DNA of 64,000 nucleotides, taken from positions 9,062 through 73,061 of the forward strand of contig JBHLLG010000011.1 in NCBI GenBank assembly GCA_048885925.1, in the 5' to 3' direction. How positions within the stretch are numbered: position 1 is the stretch's first letter; the number at the start of each line of letters is the position of its first letter. Below the pieces are notes generated by a model that made no database searches, had not been told where the DNA came from, and saw only the letters and a program-made list of their open reading frames with translations. Position numbers and translations under genes: made by a program. Below, in pieces: positions 54,783-64,000 of the stretch. This stretch comes from Candidatus Hermodarchaeota archaeon (lineage in GTDB: Archaea; Asgardarchaeota; Lokiarchaeia; Sigyniarchaeales; SOKP01).

Positions 54783-54872
54783 TCTTCTATATTAAATAAA
54801 AAGTAATCATATTTAACTTAAATAGAATTTTAATCATTTTCTTAATATTTAAACTAGGGAGGGAGAAAATAA

Positions 54873-57422
54873 GTGGATATTTATTCAATATTATCTCATC
54901 CATTTAGAAGAAAAATCCTACTGCTTTTAGAAAAGGAGGGTTATATTCCTTATTCAGATTTAATGGAAAGACTTGGTTTAGATACAACTGGACAACTAAA
55001 TTTTCATCTTAAAAAGATAGGTTCATTGATAGGTAAAGACAAAAAATCGTATTATCTTACAGAAGATGGCAAACGAGTATTAAGAATTATTAGTTTGAAC
55101 AAAAGAATTTTATCTGGAGAAGATATTGATGAATACTTAGAATCTAAGGGGAGTGAAATAAGCCGAATTGGAGTAATTATTTGTAATTGTAATACCGAAG
55201 TTTCAAGTGTAATTAATATCACTGCGTTAGAGAATTATATAAATAAATTGAGAATGGTAGTTTCAGTAAAAGTTTTTGATAATTTATGTCAAGAAAAAAA
55301 TTTCAAAAAGATTATTAATTGGGTTAAAGATAATTTTTTAAATAAGATTGTAATAGCTGCTTGTTCCCCAAAAACGCACCAGCTTCTATTTGAACGAATC
55401 TTTGAAGATATTATTGACCGTGCAAATATTGAAATAGCAAACATTAGGGAGCAGTGTTGTTGGGTTCATCAAACTAAAACAAACAAAATAGATCCTTCAC
55501 TTTCATTGGAAAAATCTAAATTATTAATTGAAGCTGCAGTTGAGCGCGTAAACATTCAAAAGAAAGTAAAAGTAAAAAGAGTTGAAGTAGAAAAGAGTTG
55601 TGCTATTTTAGGTGGAGGAATTGCAGGTATTACACTCGCATTAAATTTAGCTCGAACTGGCATTAAAGTTCATCTTATTGAGAAATCGCCTACATTAGGA
55701 GGTAAAGTAGCGAGATGGCATCGAATCCATCAAATGGGTGATTGTTCAATATGTTTTATTTCAGAATTAATCAGCGAATTAACAAATCAAAAAAATATAA
55801 AAATTTATACTAATACTGAAATTGAAAATGTATCAGGAGAAGTGGGCAATTTTACTCTTCGTTTAATTAAGAAACCTCGTTTTATTGATGTGAAAAAATG
55901 CACAGGATGTAAACAATGTATTGAAGTTTGTAGTATACAAAAGCAAAATCAATTTGAATATGGTTTAACTAATCGAAAAATAATATATATCCCTTTTATT
56001 CATTCATATCCTTTCGCTCCTATAATTGATAAAGAAGATATAAATAAATGTATTAGTTGTAGAATTTGTGAACGTGCATGCGCTAATAAAGCTATAGATT
56101 TAACTCAAAAAGATGAAAAGATTGAGATTAAGGTTGGTGCAAAAGTTATTGCTATTGGATCTGATTTATACGAAGATTTAGAGGATTATCATTATAATCC
56201 CCAAAAAAATATAATAACATCTGCTGAATTTGAAAGAATACTATCTTCTGATGGCATTACTGAAGGAAATCTCTTAAGATTATCAGATAGAAAACCTTTA
56301 AATTCGATTTCTATTATCCAAGAAGTAGGTCCTTCAAAATATCTGGCACATTACTCGGAAATTTTAGCCCAAAAATATATTGAAGATATAAAAATTAGAA
56401 ATCCTGATTGTGAAGTTAATGTTTTTTATGATTTAGGTAAACTGAAAAATAAAGATGAGATTTTATTACGTTCTACTAATCCAAGATTTTTATATGCTAA
56501 CAAAATTACTATTGAAATTAAAGAAGATATAAACTATGTTGTTGCTGATAATATTGGATTTCCAAGTGATTTAATCATATTAAATCTAAAATATATCCCT
56601 AATAAAGATTTAAAAGATCTAAGAAAATATATGGATTTTACTTTAGATGATAATGGATTTATGAGCGAAGAAACATTGGCATCTGGTATTTATGGTATTG
56701 GTACAATTTTTGGACCATTGGATTATAATTCTACAATTTCAACCGCTAACAATTGTGCATTAAAAATTATTTCATTATTATCGAAGGATCATCTAATTGC
56801 AGAGTTTAGTGGAATTGAAATTAATGAAAATAAATGTGGTTTGTGTGGATTATGTCTTAAAATTTGTCCTTATAATGCGATTACAATAGAATCAGATAAA
56901 ATAAGTGTAGATAAATTTAAATGCAAGGGATGTGGTACATGTGCTAGTATTTGCTCTACCAATGCAATAGATTTAAATATCGACACATCTGAAAAAATAT
57001 TATCCACAATTGAAGTTTTTTCAAAATTTAGAGCAAGTCCAAAAATTATTGCTTTCTGTTGTAGTTCTTGTGGATACGCTGCTGCTGATGATGCCGGACT
57101 TAAGAAAATCTCATACAATCCAAATACTTTTATCATTCGAGTTCCATGTACAGGAAGGATTGATACTAATTTTATAATTAAATCATTTGAGCTTGGATTC
57201 GATGGAGTAATGGTTGTTGGTTGTAGACAAGATGCTTGTCGTTACATTGATGGAATTGAAAAAATAGGAAACAAAATTAGATTATTAAAGGATATATTAA
57301 CACCAAAATATAAAGATCGAATATTACTTGAACATATGAATGCAGTAGAGGGTGTAAAATTTGCTGAAATCGCTAATAGCTTCTTTAATAAATTAAAGGA
57401 GGAGGTAAAATATGAAGCGTAG
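54873..57422 (+). CDS. ArsR-type HTH / HdrA / MvhD fusion protein
   Basis: LSHPFRRKILLLL...GQLNFHLKK...YYLTEDG; ICNC, ACSP, GGGIAG, ferredoxin motifs; C-terminal FCCSSCGYAAAD...RVPCTGR...GCRQDACRY. Confidence 0.85.
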   Translation: MDIYSILSHPFRRKILLLLEKEGYIPYSDLMERLGLDTTGQLNFHLKKIGSLIGKDKKSYYLTEDGKRVLRIISLNKRILSGEDIDEYLESKGSEISRIGVIICNCNTEVSSVINITALENYINKLRMVVSVKVFDNLCQEKNFKKIINWVKDNFLNKIVIAACSPKTHQLLFERIFEDIIDRANIEIANIREQCCWVHQTKTNKIDPSLSLEKSKLLIEAAVERVNIQKKVKVKRVEVEKSCAILGGGIAGITLALNLARTGIKVHLIEKSPTLGGKVARWHRIHQMGDCSICFISELISELTNQKNIKIYTNTEIENVSGEVGNFTLRLIKKPRFIDVKKCTGCKQCIEVCSIQKQNQFEYGLTNRKIIYIPFIHSYPFAPIIDKEDINKCISCRICERACANKAIDLTQKDEKIEIKVGAKVIAIGSDLYEDLEDYHYNPQKNIITSAEFERILSSDGITEGNLLRLSDRKPLNSISIIQEVGPSKYLAHYSEILAQKYIEDIKIRNPDCEVNVFYDLGKLKNKDEILLRSTNPRFLYANKITIEIKEDINYVVADNIGFPSDLIILNLKYIPNKDLKDLRKYMDFTLDDNGFMSEETLASGIYGIGTIFGPLDYNSTISTANNCALKIISLLSKDHLIAEFSGIEINENKCGLCGLCLKICPYNAITIESDKISVDKFKCKGCGTCASICSTNAIDLNIDTSEKILSTIEVFSKFRASPKIIAFCCSSCGYAAADDAGLKKISYNPNTFIIRVPCTGRIDTNFIIKSFELGFDGVMVVGCRQDACRYIDGIEKIGNKIRLLKDILTPKYKDRILLEHMNAVEGVKFAEIANSFFNKLKEEVKYEA

Positions 57423-58170
57423 ATTTATAATAATGTCTTTAACGTCATGTAGTGGATGTATCTCAACTCTTATGTCCTTAGACATTTTCCCCCAATTCTT
57501 AGAAAGAACAAGGATATCGTATTTTAACTTTATTTCAGATATAGATGAGATTGATGATTGTGATATTGCTCTGATAGAAGGGTGTATATCCGAAGAAACA
57601 CAAATCCCAATACTTCAGAAGATAAGAAAAGTTGCAAAAAAGGTATATGCGCTAGGAACATGTGCTAGTTTTGGTGGAATTTTAAGTCTTTCAAATACAA
57701 AAACAGCAATACCAATCTCCAATTATGCTGAAATTGATGGAATTATTCCAGGGTGTCCTCCTCCTTCAAAGCTTCTTGGAAATTGTATTATTAAATTGGT
57801 TGAGAATAAAGAGATTACGTTAACTGAAAAAAATATGTGTGCAACTTGCCCAATCCGAGAAAATTTGGGAATTAATAGCCAAATTAATATATCTAAAATT
57901 AATCCAAATCCAGAAGAGATTAGCTTAGATGAAGAGGTTCCTAAATGCTTTTTAAAAAACGGTATTTTGTGTTTAGGTCCAATTACTAGAGATGGATGTG
58001 AACATAAATGTATAACAATAGGACTGCCTTGTGAAGGATGTATGGGCTCGGTATCAAAAGACTTTACTTCAAATCTTATTAATTATTTAAGTTTGATAAA
58101 ATTATCAAAAGAGTTAAAAAGTTATACAGGTATTTTTTATCGATTTTCAAAACCAAAATTTAGAGGGTAA
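57412..58170 (+). CDS. mvhG: Group 3 [NiFe]-hydrogenase small subunit
   Basis: CSGC, GTCASFGG, PGCPP, CLGPITRDGC. Confidence 0.8.
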   Translation: MKRRFIIMSLTSCSGCISTLMSLDIFPQFLERTRISYFNFISDIDEIDDCDIALIEGCISEETQIPILQKIRKVAKKVYALGTCASFGGILSLSNTKTAIPISNYAEIDGIIPGCPPPSKLLGNCIIKLVENKEITLTEKNMCATCPIRENLGINSQINISKINPNPEEISLDEEVPKCFLKNGILCLGPITRDGCEHKCITIGLPCEGCMGSVSKDFTSNLINYLSLIKLSKELKSYTGIFYRFSKPKFRG

Positions 58171-58174
58171 AAAA

Positions 58175-59479
58175 ATGTTGAAAGTAGTTGACATTTGTCA
58201 ACGTGTTGAGGGTCATGGAGAAGTAAAAATATTAGTTCAAAATGATGAAATTTCATTAGTGAATTTTGAATTTGATGTATATCGGGGATTTGAAAATTTT
58301 TTAATAGGAAAGCAATTACTAGATATTCCGAAAATAGTTTCGCGAATATGTGGACTTTGTTACGCTTCTCAAGCAATTGCAAGCTGTAAAGCAATAGAAG
58401 ATATTTATAACATTAAGGTTTCAAATCAAAATATTCTTTTAAGACGTCTTTTAATGATAGGAGAATTAATAAAATCTCATTCAATGAATTTTTTCTTCCA
58501 AAATTTACCAGATCTCTTAAAAATTTTTAATATTAGTCAAAATTTGTTATCTCCTTATGAATTAGTAAAATATAATCCTCAATTAACAACCAATTTATAT
58601 GAATTAATCAAAATTGGAAATGAAATAAATGAATTATTTGGTGGTAGATCTGTTCATTTGCTTTCACCAATTCCAGGAGGTATTATCTATTCTCCTTCAC
58701 AAAAAAACATTACATTGGCTAAAAGAAATTTACAAAAATCACTGGTTAATTTAGAATGGATAATAGAAAAAGTAATTGAATTATTTGCTGATCAGATTCC
58801 TCCAAGAGAATTTGAAATACCAAATTATATATCTTTAGGATTAACTAATAATGGAAATTATGATAGATATTTAGGTTCTTTAAGACTTAAAGAAAATAAT
58901 AAAAACGTAATTGAATTTGAAAAACAAAAATATTCTTCTTACTTTGGTAAAGAAATTGATTTACGTGGAATTGATTTTTATTTCAAAAATAAAAGGAATG
59001 TAATTGTTGGTCCATTTTCTCGTTTTAATATTGTTGAGAACTATGGAATTGAACAAATTAGTACTTCTTTTGAATCCTTTGAAAAAAGGTGGAAAAATAA
59101 TATCCTATTAACGAATTTTATACGTTTAATAGAAATGTATATCGAATCTTATCAAGGGATACAAATTTTAGATGATCCTTGTTTATATGTTAAAGAAAAA
59201 CTTCCATCCTTAGATTCAATTAAAAAATCTGATGGAATAGGTCTTATTGAAGCGCCAAGGGGGATATTACTCCATCATTACCACCTTAATAAAAGTAATG
59301 TTATTGATCGAGTTAAACTTTTTGTTGCTACAGAGTTCAATATTCCTGTTATTAACCATATGATTACAAATTATGCTCAAGAACTATTTGAAAAAACAGA
59401 TGACATTAATTTGGTAAAAAAAAATATTCAGATGATAATTAGAGCCTTTGATCCTTGTATTTCTTGTGCTACACACTAA
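58175..59479 (+). CDS. mvhA: Group 3 [NiFe]-hydrogenase large subunit
   Basis: RVEGHG, L1 RICGLC, EAPRG, L2 DPCISCATH. Confidence 0.85.
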   Translation: MLKVVDICQRVEGHGEVKILVQNDEISLVNFEFDVYRGFENFLIGKQLLDIPKIVSRICGLCYASQAIASCKAIEDIYNIKVSNQNILLRRLLMIGELIKSHSMNFFFQNLPDLLKIFNISQNLLSPYELVKYNPQLTTNLYELIKIGNEINELFGGRSVHLLSPIPGGIIYSPSQKNITLAKRNLQKSLVNLEWIIEKVIELFADQIPPREFEIPNYISLGLTNNGNYDRYLGSLRLKENNKNVIEFEKQKYSSYFGKEIDLRGIDFYFKNKRNVIVGPFSRFNIVENYGIEQISTSFESFEKRWKNNILLTNFIRLIEMYIESYQGIQILDDPCLYVKEKLPSLDSIKKSDGIGLIEAPRGILLHHYHLNKSNVIDRVKLFVATEFNIPVINHMITNYAQELFEKTDDINLVKKNIQMIIRAFDPCISCATH

Positions 59480-59686
59480 AATTAATTCTTATTCATTTTT
59501 TAAACCAAAATGTATTAATGAATGAAGTTCGCTTGAATCTGCTTTTCCCGAATTTGTTTCGTTGATATGGCTTTATGATAATACTTCATTCGACAAATTT
59601 ATAAATATTATACGACATATATTAAATGAAGAGATATAATCTAATTAATTAAATAGAAAAAAATCAAAATTGAATATTATTCGAAT

Positions 59687-61042
59687 ATGTTAGAAAATGA
59701 AAAAGAAGGACAACTTAAGTATATTCATCTGAAAGATTTAGGAACTGTGTTAAAAAATGAAATTTATGAAATACTCGAAGAGAATTTGATAGCCGAAACA
59801 AATCCATTTGAAATGGCAAAAAAGCAAATTGATATAGTCGCCGAAAAGATGAGATTAAATAAGAATTTAAGAAAATATCTTAAAAGAGTTGAAAGATGCT
59901 TAATTGTAACAGTTCCAATAAAATTAGATGATGGAAGTCTCGAGATATTCGAAGGTTATAGAGTCCAACATTCAACCGTTCGGGGTCCTGGAAAGGGAGG
60001 AATTAGATTTGCTCCAAATGTTAATCTTGATGAAGTTAAAGCATTAGCCACTTGGATGACATGGAAATGTAGCTTACTAAATCTACCTCTTGGAGGAGCA
60101 AAAGGAGGGATATGCGTCGATCCTTCAAAATTATCAAAGGGTGAACTAGAAAGGTTAACCCGAAGATATACCGCAGAAATTATAAACATTATAGGTCCTG
60201 ATATGGATATTCCTGCACCAGATATTAATACAGATCCTCAGATAATGGCTTGGATAATGGATACTTATTCTATGAATAAGGGAAGATCCGTTCCAGGGGT
60301 AGTAACAGGTAAACCGCTAGAAATAGGAGGTTCAGTTGGAAGAGAAACTGCAACTGGAATGGGATTATTTTATGTTCTAGAAGCTTTATGCAGTAAAATT
60401 AAAATAGATTTAAAATCCCAATGTATTGTTGTACAAGGATTTGGTAATGTTGGGGGAAATATCGCTAAAATTTTATACGAGAAAGGTTGTAAAGTAATTG
60501 CTGTATCAGACATTAGTGGTGGGTTATATTGTGAAAAAGGATTAAATATTAAACAGTTATTAGATTGGAGAGATAAAGGTAAATATTTAAAAGATTTTCA
60601 AAAAAAGGATTATGAAATTGTTGATAATGAATATATTCTTACACTTAAATGTGATATTTTGATTCCATCTGCAATTGAAAACCAGATAAGACATTCAAAC
60701 GCTTATAAGATCAATTGTAAAGTTGTATTAGAAGGTGCTAATGGGCCAACTACTCCAGAGGCAGATGAAATTTTAAACGAAAGAGGGATAATTGTAGTTC
60801 CAGATATACTTGCCAACGCAGGAGGAGTTTGTGTCTCTTATTTTGAGTATATACAAGATATTCATAGTTACTTCTGGAAATTAGAAAGAATTAATCAAGA
60901 ATTAAAGAATATTCTTGTTAATGCATTTGAAGAAGTTTATAATTTATCATTAGAACAGAAAACAACGCTACGAATAGCCTCATATATGATTGCTATTTCA
61001 AGACTAGCAAAAGCAATTGAATTAAGGGGTATTTTTCCGTGA
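59687..61042 (+). CDS. gdhA: Glutamate dehydrogenase
   Basis: GPGKGGIRF, MTWKC, GGAKGG, VQGFGNVG, EGANGP, NAGGV. Confidence 0.93.
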   Translation: MLENEKEGQLKYIHLKDLGTVLKNEIYEILEENLIAETNPFEMAKKQIDIVAEKMRLNKNLRKYLKRVERCLIVTVPIKLDDGSLEIFEGYRVQHSTVRGPGKGGIRFAPNVNLDEVKALATWMTWKCSLLNLPLGGAKGGICVDPSKLSKGELERLTRRYTAEIINIIGPDMDIPAPDINTDPQIMAWIMDTYSMNKGRSVPGVVTGKPLEIGGSVGRETATGMGLFYVLEALCSKIKIDLKSQCIVVQGFGNVGGNIAKILYEKGCKVIAVSDISGGLYCEKGLNIKQLLDWRDKGKYLKDFQKKDYEIVDNEYILTLKCDILIPSAIENQIRHSNAYKINCKVVLEGANGPTTPEADEILNERGIIVVPDILANAGGVCVSYFEYIQDIHSYFWKLERINQELKNILVNAFEEVYNLSLEQKTTLRIASYMIAISRLAKAIELRGIFP

Positions 61043-61115
61043 ATTAGATCTAAAATATTACCATAAAAAAAGAAATTAAACCGAAAAAAGTAGCTCTTTT
61101 TACAACTTAAATATT

Positions 61116-62009
61116 TTATTTTTCTTTTTTAGTCTTAAATTTTATTTTGTTTGTCATTTTAAAAATATCTATAAAACTTGAAACGTGTATTGGTAATAGG
61201 ATTCCATCTAAAGTTTTAATTTCTTCGTTGATAAATCTCCAAAGATTTTTTTCATCTTTAGCAATCATTTTCAATAATAAATTATAATCACCAGTGGAAG
61301 ATACAACTAATTGTATTTCATCATATTTGGAGAGTTTTCTAGCAATATCGTCTAATTTTAAAGGATCTACAGAAAGACCCAGAATAGCCATAGATTCATA
61401 TCCTACTTTAAAAGGATCTACAAATGTGTCGAATTTTTTTATAATCCCGTCTTTGACCATGTTTTGTACGCGATTATGAATGGTACTAGCAGCCAAATTC
61501 ACTTTTTTACTTAAATCTTTATAAGAGATCTTATAATTTTCTTGTAGAAAATTAAGAATTTCTTTATCTTTTTCATCAAATTGTACTTTTAGGATCCTGT
61601 CTATTACTTTTTCTGTTTCAATTTTTTGTCGTTCAATAGCATATAAAATTGCTCGTATCAAACTAGGTCCATTCAGTTCATCCTTTACAATATAGTCCTG
61701 AGCGCCCTTCTGAAGAGATCTTAATGCGAAATCCTTATCATCTAATCCAGTTAAAATTATTATAGGGATGGTGTTAGTAAAATTTAAGACTCGTTCTAAG
61801 GTAGATTCTCTATCGCTATCAGGTAGAGTTAAATCTAATAAAATAATGTCAAACTTTTTAACTTTAAGGCGATTCAGACTTTCAGAAAGCCTAGGATTTG
61901 ATTCCAAATCAAATTTGAATTCTTCAGAGCTTTTTAATAATTCTTTGATAAGACGCACATCAGCGTTATTATCTTCAATTAAAAGGATATTAAAGCTTTT
62001 TTTTCCTAT
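61116..62009 (-). CDS. Response-regulator receiver fused to an Lrp/AsnC transcription factor (probable ATA start)
   Basis: NILLIEDN...LLDLTLPD...QDYIVK plus FDEKDKEIL...STIHNRV; SD GGTGA at 62016-62020. Confidence 0.85.
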   Translation of the reverse strand: MGKKSFNILLIEDNNADVRLIKELLKSSEEFKFDLESNPRLSESLNRLKVKKFDIILLDLTLPDSDRESTLERVLNFTNTIPIIILTGLDDKDFALRSLQKGAQDYIVKDELNGPSLIRAILYAIERQKIETEKVIDRILKVQFDEKDKEILNFLQENYKISYKDLSKKVNLAASTIHNRVQNMVKDGIIKKFDTFVDPFKVGYESMAILGLSVDPLKLDDIARKLSKYDEIQLVVSSTGDYNLLLKMIAKDEKNLWRFINEEIKTLDGILLPIHVSSFIDIFKMTNKIKFKTKKEK

Positions 62010-62352
62010 ATCAATTCACCAGAAAATAATTTTTATGAATAGGATCAAAATTAAGATTTTTTCAACTCTTTGTTACTTATTCTGAATAATATTCATTTTA
62101 ATATTTATAATTATTTTAATATTAACTCAAATAGAATATATTTTTTGCTGAATTATTAAAGGAAACAAAACAAATGATCAACCATTATATAAATTGAAAT
62201 CTCAATTTGTCGATTAAAAATATTTTTATTTTTGTTCGATAAAATTTATTTTATATTGGACAATATTCTTAATAATGAATTATTTATCCTAAGATATTCT
62301 CCTATTCTTTTTTAAATATTTAAAATAAAGATTATTTAATATATCAAGAGAA

Positions 62353-63420
62353 GTGTTTGAAATGAACTTGAAATTTAGGGAAGAAAGAACAAGAATGTTG
62401 ATTATTTTAATTTTGATGCCAATTTCATTCTTTTTAATATACTACTTCGAAATAATTCTCAGAACATCTATTTTAGTAGCACATTTTTTTTATTTTCCTT
62501 CAATCCTTGCATGTTTATGGTGGAAAAGAAAAGGTTTATTTATTCCTGTTTTTTTAGCAGTAATTTTAATTATTTTTAATATTATCCCTGAAGATGGGAT
62601 TTTTAATTTAGAGCTAATTAATAATTTTTTAAGAGCATTCTCATTAGTAATAGTAGGGTTAGTAGTATCTTTCCTATCTGAACAAATTTCAAAAAGAGAA
62701 ATTGAATTTAATGAAATTATGGAAGATTTAAAGCGTTCAAATGAGGATTTGCAGCAATTTGCCTATGTAGCTTCACATGACCTACAAGAACCTTTAAGAG
62801 CAATCGTAAGCTTCTCTCAACTTTTAGAAGATAAATATCAGGATAAATTAGATAAAGATGGTAAAGAATTTATTCACTTTATTACAGATGGAGCAAAAAA
62901 CATGAATACTCTTATTAAGGATCTATTATTATATTCAAGGATTACAACACATGCTCAACCTTCAAAATTGACTAATCTTGAACAGATTTTAAAAGGAGCA
63001 TTGTTTAATTTACATGAATCAATAAAAGAAAGTGGTGCTGTTATAACTCATGATGAAATGCCAGTACTAAAAGTTGATAAAACTCAATTTATTCAATTAT
63101 TTCAGAATTTACTTAGTAACGCTATAAAGTTTCGAAGGCAAGAACCACCTAAAATACATATTGGAGTAAAGAAGGTTAATGATGAGTGGTTATTCTCATT
63201 TACAGATAATGGTATAGGAATTGAATCAAAATTTTTTGATAAACTTTTTAATATTTTTTACAGATTACATACTAAAGAGGAATATCCAGGTACAGGGATA
63301 GGGTTACCTATATGTAAGAAGATAGTCCAACGTTATGGTGGAAAAATTTGGGTGAACTCTGAATTTGGGAGAGGTTCAACATTCTATTTTACAATTTTTC
63401 CAGAAAAAAATAAAGATTAA
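62353..63420 (+). CDS. Membrane sensor histidine kinase
   Basis: FAYVASHDLQEPLR, NLLSNAIKF, DNGIGI, GTGIGL. Confidence 0.92.
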   Translation: MFEMNLKFREERTRMLIILILMPISFFLIYYFEIILRTSILVAHFFYFPSILACLWWKRKGLFIPVFLAVILIIFNIIPEDGIFNLELINNFLRAFSLVIVGLVVSFLSEQISKREIEFNEIMEDLKRSNEDLQQFAYVASHDLQEPLRAIVSFSQLLEDKYQDKLDKDGKEFIHFITDGAKNMNTLIKDLLLYSRITTHAQPSKLTNLEQILKGALFNLHESIKESGAVITHDEMPVLKVDKTQFIQLFQNLLSNAIKFRRQEPPKIHIGVKKVNDEWLFSFTDNGIGIESKFFDKLFNIFYRLHTKEEYPGTGIGLPICKKIVQRYGGKIWVNSEFGRGSTFYFTIFPEKNKD

Positions 63421-63432
63421 TTATATACTATT

Positions 63433-63879
63433 ATGAATGATAATAAAAGAGTAAAAGCAAAAATCTTACTTGTTGAAGATAATGCTGCAGATATTCGTTT
63501 AATTCAAGAAGTTCTTCGAGAAAGCAAGGTTGTAAGTAGTTTAGATGTAGTAAGAGATGGTATTGAAGCTATTGAATTTCTGAAAAAGAGAGGTAAATAT
63601 TCTAATGTAAATAAGCCAAATCTGATCCTTTTAGACTTAAATTTGCCAAAGAGAAATGGTTTTCATGTATTGAAAGAAATCAAGAAAGATGAAGAACTGA
63701 AGCGAATTCCAGTAGCAATTTTGACTGTTTCTGATGCTCAAGAAGATTTGATTAAAGCTTATGATCTTCATGCTAATTGTTATATAATTAAACCTTTAGA
63801 AATGAAGCAATTTTATAAAATCGTTAATTCAATAGTGAATTTTTGGTTTATTACAGTAAAACATTTTGAAGATGAATAA
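63433..63879 (+). CDS. Single-domain response regulator (Rcp1-like)
   Basis: LLVEDN, LLDLNLPK, ANCYIIKP. Confidence 0.92.
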   Translation: MNDNKRVKAKILLVEDNAADIRLIQEVLRESKVVSSLDVVRDGIEAIEFLKKRGKYSNVNKPNLILLDLNLPKRNGFHVLKEIKKDEELKRIPVAILTVSDAQEDLIKAYDLHANCYIIKPLEMKQFYKIVNSIVNFWFITVKHFEDE

Positions 63880-64000
63880 ATAGAAAATAAAATAAAACCA
63901 TTATTGACGATTTTTTTATTATAATTATCGCTAAGCAATTTTTATTGAACTTGTAGATTTGTATATATCTAAAAAGTTTGATACATGAATTTGAGGTTTT

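Overview
AT-rich archaeal window, most likely from a Lokiarchaeia-type Asgard genome. This assignment is inferred from the eukaryote-like SECIS elements, a longin-like protein, CDC48, expanded NosD/CASH surface proteins and the Fwd/Hdr/Mvh genes. Bases 1-23 kb are accessory and partly decaying: membrane proteins, nuclease-fold proteins, a GC-richer metalloprotease and several pseudogenes. Bases 23-44 kb hold transporters, Mrp/NBP35, a fwdG-B-D-A cluster, vWA, DsrE, CDC48 and an MtdA/B-type dehydrogenase. Bases 44-64 kb are a large Hdr/Mvh/FrhB redox cluster, gdhA and a two-component locus. Main results missed by the ORF track: (1) one HdrA (51172-53208, minus) with two in-frame UGA codons at conserved Cys positions and a 3' eukaryote-type SECIS; (2) a second SECIS of the same architecture directly behind an unannotated 80-aa single-pass membrane ORF with a GGGTG-U-GC motif (27770-28012), a candidate new selenoprotein; (3) a ~330-nt multibranched, GNRA-rich non-coding RNA candidate (23221-23550) that I cannot assign to a known family; (4) a shared ~56-bp promoter block with a TGAYA-N8-TRTCA palindrome at two loci; (5) several genes that seem to need ATT/ATA start codons. 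The ORF track does list an HTH-HdrA-MvhD fusion beside a [NiFe]-hydrogenase, which may be a redox-sensing regulator. No rRNA, tRNA or CRISPR array was recognised. All structures were read by eye, not computed.
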